64,000 bases of DNA. Source: Paragordius varius. Taxonomy: Eukaryota > Animalia > Nematomorpha. Both the position numbers and the translations under genes were made by a program. Below are positions 12,001 to 24,501 of the stretch, piece after piece. The stretch spans positions 12,152,001-12,216,000 of the forward strand of contig OZ176052.1 in NCBI GenBank assembly GCA_964247055.1, given 5' to 3'. Each line of letters begins with the position of its first letter. Within the stretch, counting starts at the first letter, position 1. The notes beneath the pieces were generated by a model. That model worked only from the letters and a program-made list of their open reading frames with translations. It was not told the DNA's origin and made no database searches.

Positions 12001-13925
12001 AAATTTAAAATATAATAATTAAAAACAACCTTTTCATTATTGACTAGGGCTCGTTTGCCAGGAAAATTTTTTCCACATCCAATGGATTTGGGAATAAGCC
12101 GACTCTCAACTGGTTCCTCATCAATTCCATTCAAAACATCAAGGAGCCATGCTGTAGTTTTGCTGCCAATAGTGAGTTTGAGTTGATTTGTGTCAATATT
12201 TTTTAGGTCTGACATTTTTTCAACTTTAAATCGTTTCTTTAGGCTTTCACCAAGTTTCCCTCCTAAACCTCGGCTAAATAAAATCAAGAATATGAGTTCA
12301 TTAATAGTTATAATCATAAATACACTATGCAAGTAACGATTGATATTTCGTTGATTTTAAATGAACGTTAAAAAAAATGCTGCCAATTTAAATTTCTGCT
12401 CTTTATTAAATAAACGAAATGTTTGTTAGATATCACTTTTTATTAAAAGTAAAAAACATATTGCGGTAATGCAAGTCAAAAAATGATGATTAATATTTTA
12501 AAATTAAAATGTTAGTGTTAAATTTAACATAATTCAATATTACGCAAATCGGATGAACGAAAAAACGAATTGATTAATTAATGGAAAGAGTTAAAATATA
12601 AAAAACATTTTGGTGAGAGGAGTCAAAAAATGATGATTAATATTTTAAAATTAAAATGTTAGTGTTAAAGTTAACATAATTCAATATTACGCAAATCGGA
12701 TGAACGAAAAAACGAATTGATTAATTAATGGAAAGAGTTAAAATATAAAAAACATTTTGGTGAGAGGAATATGTTCGTAGAGTCGCGCAACACTAGATTC
12801 AAACACAATCGTTTGTTTGTTCGGTTTATTAATTCCACACGCTAATTTGGCTAACATCTATAAATAGTTTTACGAAAATAACAATTAAATGATAATTTTT
12901 AAGGATTAGGGTAATAAAAACATAAAAAAGAAAAATATGTTGGAATACAATAAAAACTAATACCTAAATTACGTTCAATGCAAAATCATATTTAATTAAT
13001 TATTAAAAGTGTGGTTTAAAGTAACATACCAAATAATTGTTAATATAAAATCACTATATTTATATTAAATGATATATACAGTTCTTAACCGGGATAAACC
13101 ATATATATAATGATATTATAAATGTCATAATATATGGTTTAACCCGGTTAAGAAGTTTAAAAGCTTTATAAATGCCAAAATTTGGATATGTTAATAGATA
13201 TTACTTTGTTATAAGAGATTCCAGCAGAACACTCAAAACCGCTAACATTGAGTACATGGTCCCGAAGTTTTTTGGTTAATATAGCTCCTTGGAGTAGCAA
13301 AAAGGCTTTATAACGTTCATTCTTACTTAATTGCTTCATAAAATTATCTAAATATGAGGGATCGCAAACTATCCAATTATTAAAAACACAATACTCGTAT
13401 TTTCAGGTGCAAAACATGTATCTTTGTACAAAAAGTTTAGATCATCAAGCGTAAAAACATCACCAATATTTTTTGAGTCCTTAAAATGACTCATATGCGC
13501 ATTGACCAAATTAGTTATATCAAGATAGGCCTCATCTATACTTGCTCTTTCAATTTCTATTGTTTCATCGGGGGAAAATGACTTAAGGGCGTCCAAAATT
13601 TTGGTACTATATTCACGATATCTGATTATAAATTAAAAAAAACTTGGTAAGATTTGCCTTCCCTCTAGCTTCAGGAACTGTAATAAGTTCAATATCTGGC
13701 AAAATTTTCTTTGCTTCTTCACCTCTCATTCCTCGGGTAATTCCGGCATGTTTAGCCTCATACGACATTGCGATAATTCTTGTTTTATTAAAAAACTAAA
13801 TACCCCCCACCCTTCCATAAATTATATTGAACGACAGCGCATGGTTTATTTTTTAATTCGGGGTTCTGCAATCTTTCACATTGCACATAAAAGCAATCTA
13901 TATCCAACAGTATTATTATTCTCAT
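9081..13925 (-). CDS. POLH: DNA polymerase eta (Y family), multi-exon
   Basis: Spliced translation gives LLDIDCFYVQ...KPCAVVQY..WKGGG|IIAMSYEAK...GKANLTK|YR...ERASIDEAYLD...CSAGISYNK|MLAKLACGINKPNKQT...|RGLGGKLG...PKSIGCGKNFPGK...WEPPVTNISLSATNF. Exons: 13804-13925, 13644-13778, 13395-13621, 13205-13368, 12754-12857, 12030-12273, 11470-11535, about 11132-11310, about 10155-10372, unresolved exon(s) 9700-10030, 9081-9373. Confidence 0.93.
9393..9610. mobile_element. MITE family B copy (degenerate), in a POLH intron
   Basis: (TTCACCCTTGAACAATTCAAA)n at the left; GGGTGAAATTGAATTGTAAATGG at the right. Confidence 0.75.
12475..12768. repeat. Near-perfect direct tandem duplication (2 x 147 bp) spanning a POLH exon end and splice donor
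   Basis: GTCAAAAAATGATGATT...TTTTGGTGAGAGGA occurs at 12475 and again at 12622. Confidence 0.9.
13085..13151. mobile_element. 59-bp piggyBac-like mini element with TTAA flanks
   Basis: TTAA|CCGGGATAAACCATAT ... ATATGGTTTAACCCGG|TTAA (16-bp TIR, 1 mismatch). Confidence 0.55.
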
Positions 13926-13955
13926 ACTACTTTACCATTTCGTGTTAGGATACTC
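13926..13955. promoter_or_regulatory. 30-nt spacer between the divergent POLH and SMARCAD1 start codons (inferred bidirectional promoter region)
   Basis: POLH ATG at 13925 (-). SMARCAD1 ATG at 13956 (+), giving [15 protein letters not shown] (cf. human MNLFNLDRFRF). Confidence 0.6.
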
Positions 13956-16596
13956 ATGGCTAGTCGCGGTACCTTGTTAGATTTGAAAAAATTTCGATTT
14001 GGTCGAAATGAACCAAGTAAAAATATATATTTATATAATAAAAGCTCCGCAACAAAATACTTTTCCCCAACAAAATTATCAAAATCTTGCTTATTACCAA
14101 CAATTACATTCTAAGCATGCAAATCCAATTTCTTTAAGCAAAAAAGCTCAACCTATACCTTTTGATCTCAAAACTATATTGCCCGATTTTATTTTGCAAC
14201 ATCCGTCATTTGATAGGATAAAGTGCTTATATGGCAGTCGAAGGATTGGTCAATTAATAATCCCACTCAAAAAAGCGCGTCTTAAAATCTTGCAAGAATG
14301 TGTTAGCAAACGCGAAGCGTTTATATTTTTATGGGAAGCTTTTCCAAGATGTGATGCCAATGTGAGTCGTTTAATATATGTTTTATCATTAATATCAATA
14401 ATCTTTGTGGCAAAAATATAATTGGCTTTTTATTAGTGAATCCGGTTTGTATTTAGTAAGGCAATATATATTTAATTTTTAGTTTTTTGGTGTCGTTTAT
14501 AATAGCTTTTTAACCAATAGGCACATCCAAAATTTACTGGATAATTAAGTTTTTATATAATTTATTTGTGTATCAAATTATTTCTGTAAACTATACCATT
14601 TACAATTCATATTCACCCTTAAACAATTCATATTCACCCTTAAACAATTCAAATTCACCCTTGAAGAATTCAAATTCACTCTTAAACAATTTACATTCAC
14701 CCCTATCTAAAATATATGTTTTTTAAGATTAAAAATTACCAATATTTTTAGATATTTTAAAAAAATAAAAATTTTGTATTAAATTAAAAAAATACGGAAA
14801 AAATAATAAACTATGCCATAAAAGATGTATTTCATACTGGTAATGAGTTATATTAGTTCGACAACGTAATTTATTTTTAGGGGAAATTTTAATTGTTCAA
14901 CGGTGAATTTAAATTGTTTGAGGGTGAATTTGAACTGTAAATGGTAAATAATATTTATAGGAAAAAATTTTCTATAATATTAATTATAATTAAATTTTGT
15001 ATATTCACATACTTTTTTTCGATTTTGTCTTTATTTTCAAGGTTAAATATTTGATTAAACTACCATAATAATTTTTTCATTTTCATATTTAGACAATTTT
15101 CATCACTCTTGATTGTTATGATTGGGAGTTGGAAAGAGCCATTGATTATTTAAATTGTCATTTCGAAGCTCCCCTAAAACCTTTGGCTGAAACTGAGTTA
15201 AGAAATTTTCTAGAAGAATCTGAAGATGAATGGATGGAATATGATAATTCAACTGGTTTTAACATTTTAATATTGTTTTTAATATTTAATTCATATCAGA
15301 AAATGGGTTTAACAGTTATCTCTTATATACATGACTTGAATAAATCAAATTTCTGTAATCATTTAATCATTAAATTATTACAATGTTTTTTTATAATAAT
15401 AATCTATATTTCCGTGATTCATTGTAAATATTATAAATTCATTAATATTGAAATTGCTTTTAATAATTGGCGATTTTGAAACTGTTTAAACATTTTTAGT
15501 AGTTTTTATCGAGTAAAGATTATACATTTCTATTATTGATATTAATAAATTGGCCAATCTTATCTGTAATTAGTGCTTTTTGGTTTTTTTATTAGTCAAG
15601 CTTATTTTATAAAAAAAACAGGACGAACCTACAAAAAGTTAAAAAATCTATAGTTTTATTGTTAATTTTTTAATTTATATAAATATAACATAAAAGGCCT
15701 ATGAATTATTTGTAAGGAAAACCATATTTTTTTATAAATCTCAGGGGTGTTCAACACAGATATTTCACTGGCTGTTTTGATAATTTTTGTCTTTATTTAT
15801 TAATTTTTAGCTTGAATTTGGTGATATATTTTTTAAATACTCGTAAGTTTTTGATTGAAATCCAATTTTTTATTTCTTAACATCTTTGAAAGCACTTTTG
15901 CATACCGAAAAAAAGCATGTTAAACACCCCTGTTCTTTATGATTACTATTATGAATAAAAAAATAATGTTAGATTATCACCTCTCTATTTCTTATTCCCC
16001 AAAACACAAAAATTTATTGCCATTTATGTCTTTTTTGTCTTAGTCATCATAAAATTTTAGCGTTTATATACCATTTACAATTCAAATTCACCCTATGTTT
16101 TTAAGATTAAAAATTACTAATATTTTTATATATTTTAAAAAATAAAAATTTTGTTTTAAATTAAAATATGCTATAACATAAACATTTAGTTCATATTAAT
16201 AATGAGTTATATTAGTTCGAAAATACATAATTTATTTTTAGGGTGAATTTGTATTGTTCAAAGGTGAATTTAAATTAAGGGTGAATTTGAATTGTTCAAG
16301 GGTAAATTTGAACTGTAAATGGTATAAATTGAAAAATGTCATTTTTATGTATTTCCTGTATGCTAGAACGGTTAGCCCGCTCTGAATTCGATGCTGATGA
16401 ATACAATTTCATGATGGATCAACACCAATTCTTGCCAGACATAAATTCACTTTTGTTATCGTCAGAACAACAAATACTTTCCACCACAACAGCTCCTCCT
16501 AAAAATCAATCGATAAACACCAATTTTGATCAACGCCACTACTCTTATCAACAAAATAATTTCAACAATTTTTCATCCACTTTAAATGTTCAGGTA

Positions 16597-16632
<36 letters not shown>

Positions 16633-19600
16633 CAATTTTATATTTTACTAAATTTGTAAAGATAAGGCTTGGAGTGAGGATTAGATATAAAGGATTAGAT
16701 TTTTATTAAAATTTTTTAAAATAGGATTGTTTAAGGTGAGAGATCCTAATCCTATTTTTCATAAATTCGATTATCTAACATATTGGCATACAAAAAGGAA
16801 AAATTAGATTTATAAATAATCTATGATTTTTTTAATTACGGCATTTTATACTATCAGCATTCATTATCATCTGTGGCTCACTATTGTAGCCTTATCTTGT
16901 TGAATTTTACCATTTACATTTTTGGATATTAACCTTTTTTTCGCCTTAGAATAACCGTAATTACATAAATAATGCATTCAATGCATTTCAACAAAACACA
17001 TATCGCGTGCCAAGCGTCCCCTCATCACTTCCATCAAAAATGTTAACAAATAATTATTATAAAACGACACAACAACCCAAATTGGTTACACCTCAACCAT
17101 TATTATCATCGTTTACTCCGACGAATAAAGCGACATTTCAAAAAGGTATTGATTGATATCCATATATATAAATATATATATAATGTTTTGTTAATTTTAT
17201 TTTAATTTTGGATTGGTAGTAAAAGATGTAGTTATTAGATATATAAATTTTTTAAACAGTTTTTATTTATTTTTCATTGATCAGGGTACTCAATAACGAG
17301 TTGATGTATACCGCAAAACTGGAAGAAAAAATACATAAGCTTTTATATATTGATTTTCAAACAAATTAATTATATATCTCTAATATACAATTCATGTTTT
17401 AGATGTGTTACCAACCCCAAGTAAATATGTTAAAATGTCGCATGATTCTCAATCCTTCCTTGATTCCGCTTATATGGCCAACGCTTCTGGTAGACATTTT
17501 TATTATATATTAAAAATCAGTTTAGAGTAAACAATTATTTCTTTTAAATTTTATTAAATAATGACTTTTTAGTCATGACTTAATAAGTTACATAAATCTA
17601 TCTTTCCCGTTAAGAGTTTGTTAATAAATGACAATATTAATTTATATGGCCATCTTTCTTTATAATTAAATTCACTAAATATTACCGTTTCGTTCAGAAC
17701 AATTTTAAGGAAAAAGTATAGTTTTTGCATAAAGTAGTCTTTCTCACAAAAAGATATGATGAATTAAATTTTTTTGGGCAAAAAATTATAGCCTTTGAAA
17801 CAAGGCTGTTCAACACAAATGGTTTCAAGGACCCCATTTTCGAAATTAAAAATTCTTTAAGGCGCATTTTATATATGTATATGCATTCATAAATAATTTA
17901 TTAGATTTTAAACATAAGACTGCAAAATGCCAACTCAATATCGCATTTGTTTTCTAATTCTTGCCAATTTTATAGACTTACTTCGAAAATTTGTTTTAAA
18001 ATATATCAATTTTGATAAGATTTTGTGAGCATATTTTTGCAATAATAAATTTCGAATTTTTTCGCGGGCTCCCCTTTAAACCTTCGTGAACCGCGTGTTG
18101 TGCACCCCTGTTTAAAAGCAAAAATCTGTTTTTTATTTTATAACGTTACGCTAAATTTTATGTTTTTAGCAACTAATTCTAACCGAACTCAATCCGAAAG
18201 AGACGCCCTGATTGAATTTTTTAACACAGCTACGCGGGAAGAATTATTAACGCTAAAATTATGTTCGGCCAAAAAGACAGAAGCTATCATACAACATAGA
18301 CCCTTTTCCACTTGGGATCAAATTGTTAAACTAATTTATAAATATTTTATTTGATATAAGTTTTATTGGTTTGTTATTTTTTACATAAATTTTACATTTT
18401 CTTTATTGTAGACTACCACATTTGAACGGCTGAAACCATTGTCAATTGATTTGTTACAATCGGCCAAAAAAATGTTATATCTGAGGCGGCAAATTGTGAA
18501 ATTATTGCAACAATGTGAACACATTTCCAATGTTAAACCACTTTGTTTTTTTGTTTTATTTCTATTTTTTAGTCCTTTTATCATTCAGAAGTTTTAAATG
18601 ATTATTTTTTTGAGTACTCAAAATTATGAGTCGGAAAAATGGCTTTTTTTATAGGAACATAAAAGAGCTGATTATCAATATATAGGCTTAAATTGAATTA
18701 AAAAAATTACAATATTTTAAAATCATTTATTTTTTATACTCTCATTACCTTTCCTATCATTTTGGGTGTTGAATAATGAATCGAAAAATATTTTGACATT
18801 AAAACTGTAATCATAGGGATATACAGAAAACCCTTGAACTAAAAATGTTGTTTTTTAAAATAATATTGGTCATTAACTTTTTATTTGTCCTTTTAATTTA
18901 CATTTTTATAATATTTTTTATATTGTTCTTTATTTTGATTTTCTGTTTTGTCCTTGTAAATCAGATTTATCCATATTTATAGGATTTGCAAGTCCGTGTT
19001 GATAACATGATATCCCAAGGACAAATGTTGGTTAAACCATCAAACCCTTTACCCACCTCAAGTGATACTCTGGCCCCTCAATTAGTGTTAAAACCTTACC
19101 AAATTGCTGGTATTAATTGGCTTAATTTACTCTTTCGCATGGAAATGAACGGAATTTTGGCCGACGAAATGGTATTGTAATTGTTGAGTTTTATGCTGTT
19201 GTTATTTTAAGTTTTTTAGGTTTTTAAACAGAATTTTTACTTGATTTCCGAAAAATATTATTTTCACAATCATATTAACTCTATATTATGATGTTTTATT
19301 ACAAGTTTTGGACAAAATTATTATTCACTATTAGTTAAACATGGCTAGTTTTTTATTTAATTTTAAAAGCATTTATTACTGGCTAATACAAAAAAACGGA
19401 AAAATGCATATATTTTTTCTACCAGTTAGTAAATATAATTTATCTTTACCTTAAATACTACATGGCAATATAAAATGGACTAGTTGTTTATATTTACTCC
19501 TTCTATATTTATTTTACTCAAATCTCACGTGTTTAAATAGTTTTCATTTTTTATAATTTATATTTCATTTTTGCATTTTTTACTTTTTGAAATATTCCGT

Positions 19601-22600
19601 GGTGTTTTTTAGGGTTTGGGCAAAACTGTGCAAGTTTTAGCCTTCATACAATACCTCCTTGAAAGTGGTGTTCAGGGACCTTTTTTAATCATTGTACCAG
19701 CATCTACCCTTGGTAATTTTAATTGCTTTTTTTATATAAATATGTTATTTGGATAACAAAGCTTTTATATATGTTAAAAAAATTCATGATTTAATTTTTG
19801 TTCAGTTTTGCTGAATTTATATAAATTCCTAAAGTAATGTGATTTATTTATCAATATAAATTTTATAATTTTATTACTATTATTATATTCATATGCTAGT
19901 TTTATTTAATTTTATGTTTTTTAAGATTTTTAACTATAATTTTAATTTTTAATCACATTCCAAGCCAATATTTTAATTTTAACTTGTGATAAAATGCCAT
20001 ATTCTATTAAATCATTTATAATTCAAATTTAATTAATGTTTCTTTTGGTTGCCTTTTCATATATTTTCTCTCTTATTTAATCTAATTTTAATTTTTTATT
20101 AGAAAATTGGACAGCAGAAATGGCTGTGTGGTGTCCCTCCTCCCGACTTAGCGTTTATTACGGGAGTCAATCAGAACGGAAAGATCAACGCTATTTCTTC
20201 ATTGAACAACAAGGCATTCAAAAACTCGATATTATCCTTACGACTTATGCCATGGTATATTATTATTATTTTGATTATTATAATTTACACAGTAAAAACT
20301 GAAATAGCAAATGGTTAAAAATATAAAATAGCCATATAATTTTATAGGACAACCATATTTTTTTTGTTTTTTGATCACAAAATAGAAAAATTAAGATGTA
20401 AATTAGTAACTAACGCTCAGTAATATTAGTTTTATATTCCACAATCGTAATCATTTACAATATATGGAAAAAATTAAACTTTAAAAAAGTATGTTTGTAC
20501 ATAAAAATAAATATTAGTCTTTCACTTTTTACATAATTTTTATATTTGCTGATTTATATAGGTTTCCAGCACAACGGATGATAAAAATTTCTTTAAACGC
20601 ATAACTTTCACCTATGTCATTTTCGATGAGGCCCACATGCTCAAAAATATGATGTCTGTCCGTTATAAATTCTTTACTAAAATTAAGGTATGCCCACATT
20701 TTAACTCCCTATATATTCAATTACATCTTTGTTTTTATTAAACCATTTGAAGCTTTATAATAGGTGTTTTTTGTTTTAGCATAAAAAGGTTTTGTTTTAT
20801 TCTTAATGAATTTATGTTAAATTTAAATGAACTCTTGCTTATAATTAATTTTAAAATGGTTTCATATTTTCTTTTAGGCAAAATATAATATTTGTTTAAT
20901 GTATTTGTAAAAATTTTTATCTTTCTTTTTTATTTTTAGGCGAAATATAGGATACTTTTGACTGGGACACCCATCCAAAACAATTTGATGGAATTAATGT
21001 CACTCATGCAGTTTATTTTACCGGATCGTCTTTTTGAAGATCGAACTGAGGAGCTAAAAACGGTTTTTTCCGCATACGATTTCATTAATGTGGCCAGCTC
21101 TGATACTGCTAACGATCCGAAACAGTATGTCATATGTGCATAAAAAATTATTTTTTAAGTTTACTATTTTTAGGGTAAAGATTATATTAATAACCGATAA
21201 AAATACTCCACATATTTATTTTCTATTTTAATTTTTTGCAACATTCAACTTGGTCAATCCTATAAGTATTTTTCCAGTTATTTTTAAATTTGTTCCAATT
21301 TTTAAAGCTAACACCCTTAACCTTTATAATATTAAGCAAATTCATTTTAAGGTTATCGAAAACTGAAATATTAATATTTTGAATAAAGAATATTATGATA
21401 CTTGATTTATTAACATAATCTATGATTATTGTAATTGTGAAATAACAAATTATTGTTCCTTCTATTCCCTATTATTCAATCAAAAAACAATTATTTGTAT
21501 TTTCCTTTTAAGTTTTATATCAAAACTATTAACTTAGTGGTTATATTTTATAAAGAATATTTTGATCTTTTCAATTAATTTATGATAATGAAATTGTGAA
21601 ATATAACCTGTATATGTTACTAATTAAATTTTATTCCTTATTTTTTGATCCCAAACAATTACAAGTCTTTATTTTTTTAGCATTTATTCATTTATTTTTA
21701 AAAAATCCAAAACTAAGAAGTTAATATTTATATAGGGAATATTTTGATTTTCTCAATACAATCTATGATAAAATAATTTTTAAGGTCATCTAAAACATCA
21801 TCGTCAGTGCTGGGACAACAAGGGCGAACTAAATCGGCCTTTGAACAGGATCGATTGGAACAAGCCAAACGAATCGTTCGTCCCTTCGTTCTGCGCCGAA
21901 CCAAAGCGAGTGTTCTCGATCAGCTGCCTCCCAAACGACATCAGCTGTTATTGTGCGATCTGGATCAGGGACCCGCGGGTCAGCTGACTCTCTATCGGCA
22001 GCTTTGTGCCCAATTCAAAAAAGAAGAAGAGGGAGAGACAAATAAGGGTACTCAATTGCCCCCCATGAGTATTCTCATGCAGTTGCGAAAAGCAGCGAAT
22101 CATCCTCTTATGCTTAGGAATCATTACACGGATCAATTGTTGGAACAAATGGCTGCCGCTATGTTGAACGTAATATCTATGTTGTATAATATTTTTCATA
22201 AATTTAAATAGACATATTGATAAATATAGAAACAAGTATTGAAAATTTTGGCGATATATGTATTAATATTTTTGCAAATGTCTAGGAATCGAAATTTAAA
22301 GCTGTGAAATATAATTTGTCTTTTTGTCTATGTTAAAATAAATTGAAGGTACGTAGCCGCTGTAAATAGATGATGAGATCGAAAGAATTACAAATTTACG
22401 CGTTCTCAAAAAAAGTGTTTGGTGTTAAATTTGAACCATTCATTAATAAACTTCAAATCGATTTAACATTGTAGTAAGCGTATTGAAAACGGTGGTGTTA
22501 TTATCATATATTTTTAAAGGCATATTTGAATTCCATTAAAAAAATTGTTGACAAATATTTTAACACTAATGCTTTTTTAGGAACCTACTCATAAGGAAGC

Positions 22601-24366
22601 CAATCCTGCACTGATACTTGAAGACATGAAAGTATTGACTGATTATGAACTTTACAAGTTAACCAAAACGTTTCCGGTAATATTTAATTAATAATATTAT
22701 ATAGAGCATATCCAGTTTTAAATTGCCCATCGAAATGATCAAAGGAAGTGGGAAATTAACAGAATTGGAAAAACTTATGCATGACATAATTGAAAAGGTT
22801 TGTTTATTATCTTAATTTAACATCTTATGCTGTGTTTAGAAAGAAAAAGCCCTGATATTTAGCCAATTTACACTCATGCTCGATATTTTACAAGAATATT
22901 TGACTATTTTTGGTCAAAAGTTTAAGAGAATTGATGGTTCGACCCCAGTTCCTGAACGGTATGTTTTACATAGCAATTTATAGCATTTACAGTTACAAAA
23001 ATTTGATTATAAACATCAAAGACCATTTTTAAGGAAAACCTTTTTTATCCTTGATTTTTCTTCAAAAAACCCCATATACTTGCGAAATAAAAATTGAGTA
23101 TTAACAATTAACATCTCACATCCATATTTCACAACTCATGTGAGATATATTTTGTTTTAAAACTATCAATCAATTCTAACCCTGTAATTATTACCCTTTT
23201 ATAGGCTATCACTTATCAAAGAATTTGGTGTGGAAACAGACTGTAATTTTTTCCTCCTTTCAACGAAAGCCGGTGGGCTTGGAATAAATTTAACGGCCGC
23301 AAACCATGTCATAATTTACGATATGGATATAAATCCTTACAATGATAAACAAGCCGAAGATCGATGCCACAGAGTTGGACAAACGAAGTTTATACACAAA
23401 TTTAAACTTATTTAAAGTTAAAAATATAAGTGTTAATTTAAATTTAATGCCAAGTACACGAAACTAGTCTGCGATCACTATTTCCTTCACACATTACTTT
23501 ATAATTTTGAAAATTTATATTATATACCATTTTTTACGCGGAATTTAAAAGCGCCAATTTTTGATCAAAACCTTTTAATTGTTGTATCGATGACAATCGT
23601 ATTATGTTAGAAATAATACGACATTTTTGGCGTTATTATACTGAAATTATGTGTTAACTATATTTTGATTTTTATCCATTTGACTTATAATGATTAATCA
23701 GATGTTTAATTATTATATAAGTAAAATTTTAATTTCTAAAGGAAAATTAACAATTTCCAATTTTCTATTATCAGGGTCGTTAACGTGCATCGTTTAGTAA
23801 GCAAAGATACAGTGGAAGAAATAATTTTGCAATGTAATAAGGAAAAACTTAAGCTTGAACAAAGTATGACTGGGACGACCACAACTCTCGATAATAATGG
23901 CATGGTTTTAAAATCAACCGATCTTTTTCAAGGTATATTACAGTTATTTGTTAGATTTTTTTTAAAATGACTTCCATACTTTTTAAAAACTTATTTTTTC
24001 GCTATAAACATTAAATGAATACAATTGTGAAAGATATAATTAAGACTATCACGAGTTAATATTATTCTTGGAAAAAATCAAGGTTAATAAATATCTTTAC
24101 AAAATAAATAGTTGTCCTTTATTTTTACGTTGTTGTACTGTTAATGTCTTTTAATTATATGTAATTTTTTCAAATACTTGTTACTTTCCATAATTGGTAA
24201 ACTACCCTTGGTTAAAAAAAAATAATTTTTGTTAAATTATTTAAAAATGTTAAAAATCAAAATCCTAAAAATATTATATGTTTTAGGAAGTGGAGCTGGT
24301 GTACAATCTAGTGGAGAAGAAGGAACCGAAGATATTGCAAATTTACTGAAAATGGCTATATCCTAA
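13956..24366 (+). CDS. SMARCAD1: SMARCAD1/Fun30-type SNF2 chromatin remodeller, about 20 exons
   Basis: [12 protein letters not shown]...NGILADEM|[17 protein letters not shown]|[88 protein letters not shown] and C-terminal [16 protein letters not shown]-like segment and the conserved N-terminal FRF motif are also present. Confidence 0.93.
14592..14946. mobile_element. MITE family B copy, SMARCAD1 intron
   Basis: TATACCATTTACAATTCA...(TTCACCCTTAAACAATTCA)n ... GGGTGAATTTGAACTGTAAATGGTA. Confidence 0.85.
15742..15932. mobile_element. Small MITE with CAGGGGTG ends (hAT-like)
   Basis: CAGGGGTGTTCAAC ... GTTAAACACCCCTG. A related element lies at 17801-18110 (CAAGGCTGTTCAACAC ... GTGTTGTGCACCCCTG). 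No clear 8-bp TSD. Confidence 0.6.
16067..16326. mobile_element. MITE family B copy, SMARCAD1 intron
   Basis: TATACCATTTACAATTCAAATTCACCC ... GGTAAATTTGAACTGTAAATGGTATA. Confidence 0.85.
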
Positions 24367-24501
24367 CAAGAGATATATATATATATATATATACAATGTA
24401 GTTTTGATAGCTGTTTATGTATTATGATATGATTATGTACAAATATAATGTTGATAAAGTTATTAATGATTCGATTCAAATTATGATGATTTTTATGTCA
24501 A

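Noticed and set aside
13926-13957. Upstream minus-strand ATG ([11 protein letters not shown]) as the POLH start
   Set aside because: It hits a stop after 11 codons and no GT-AG choice restores the frame; at most a uORF.
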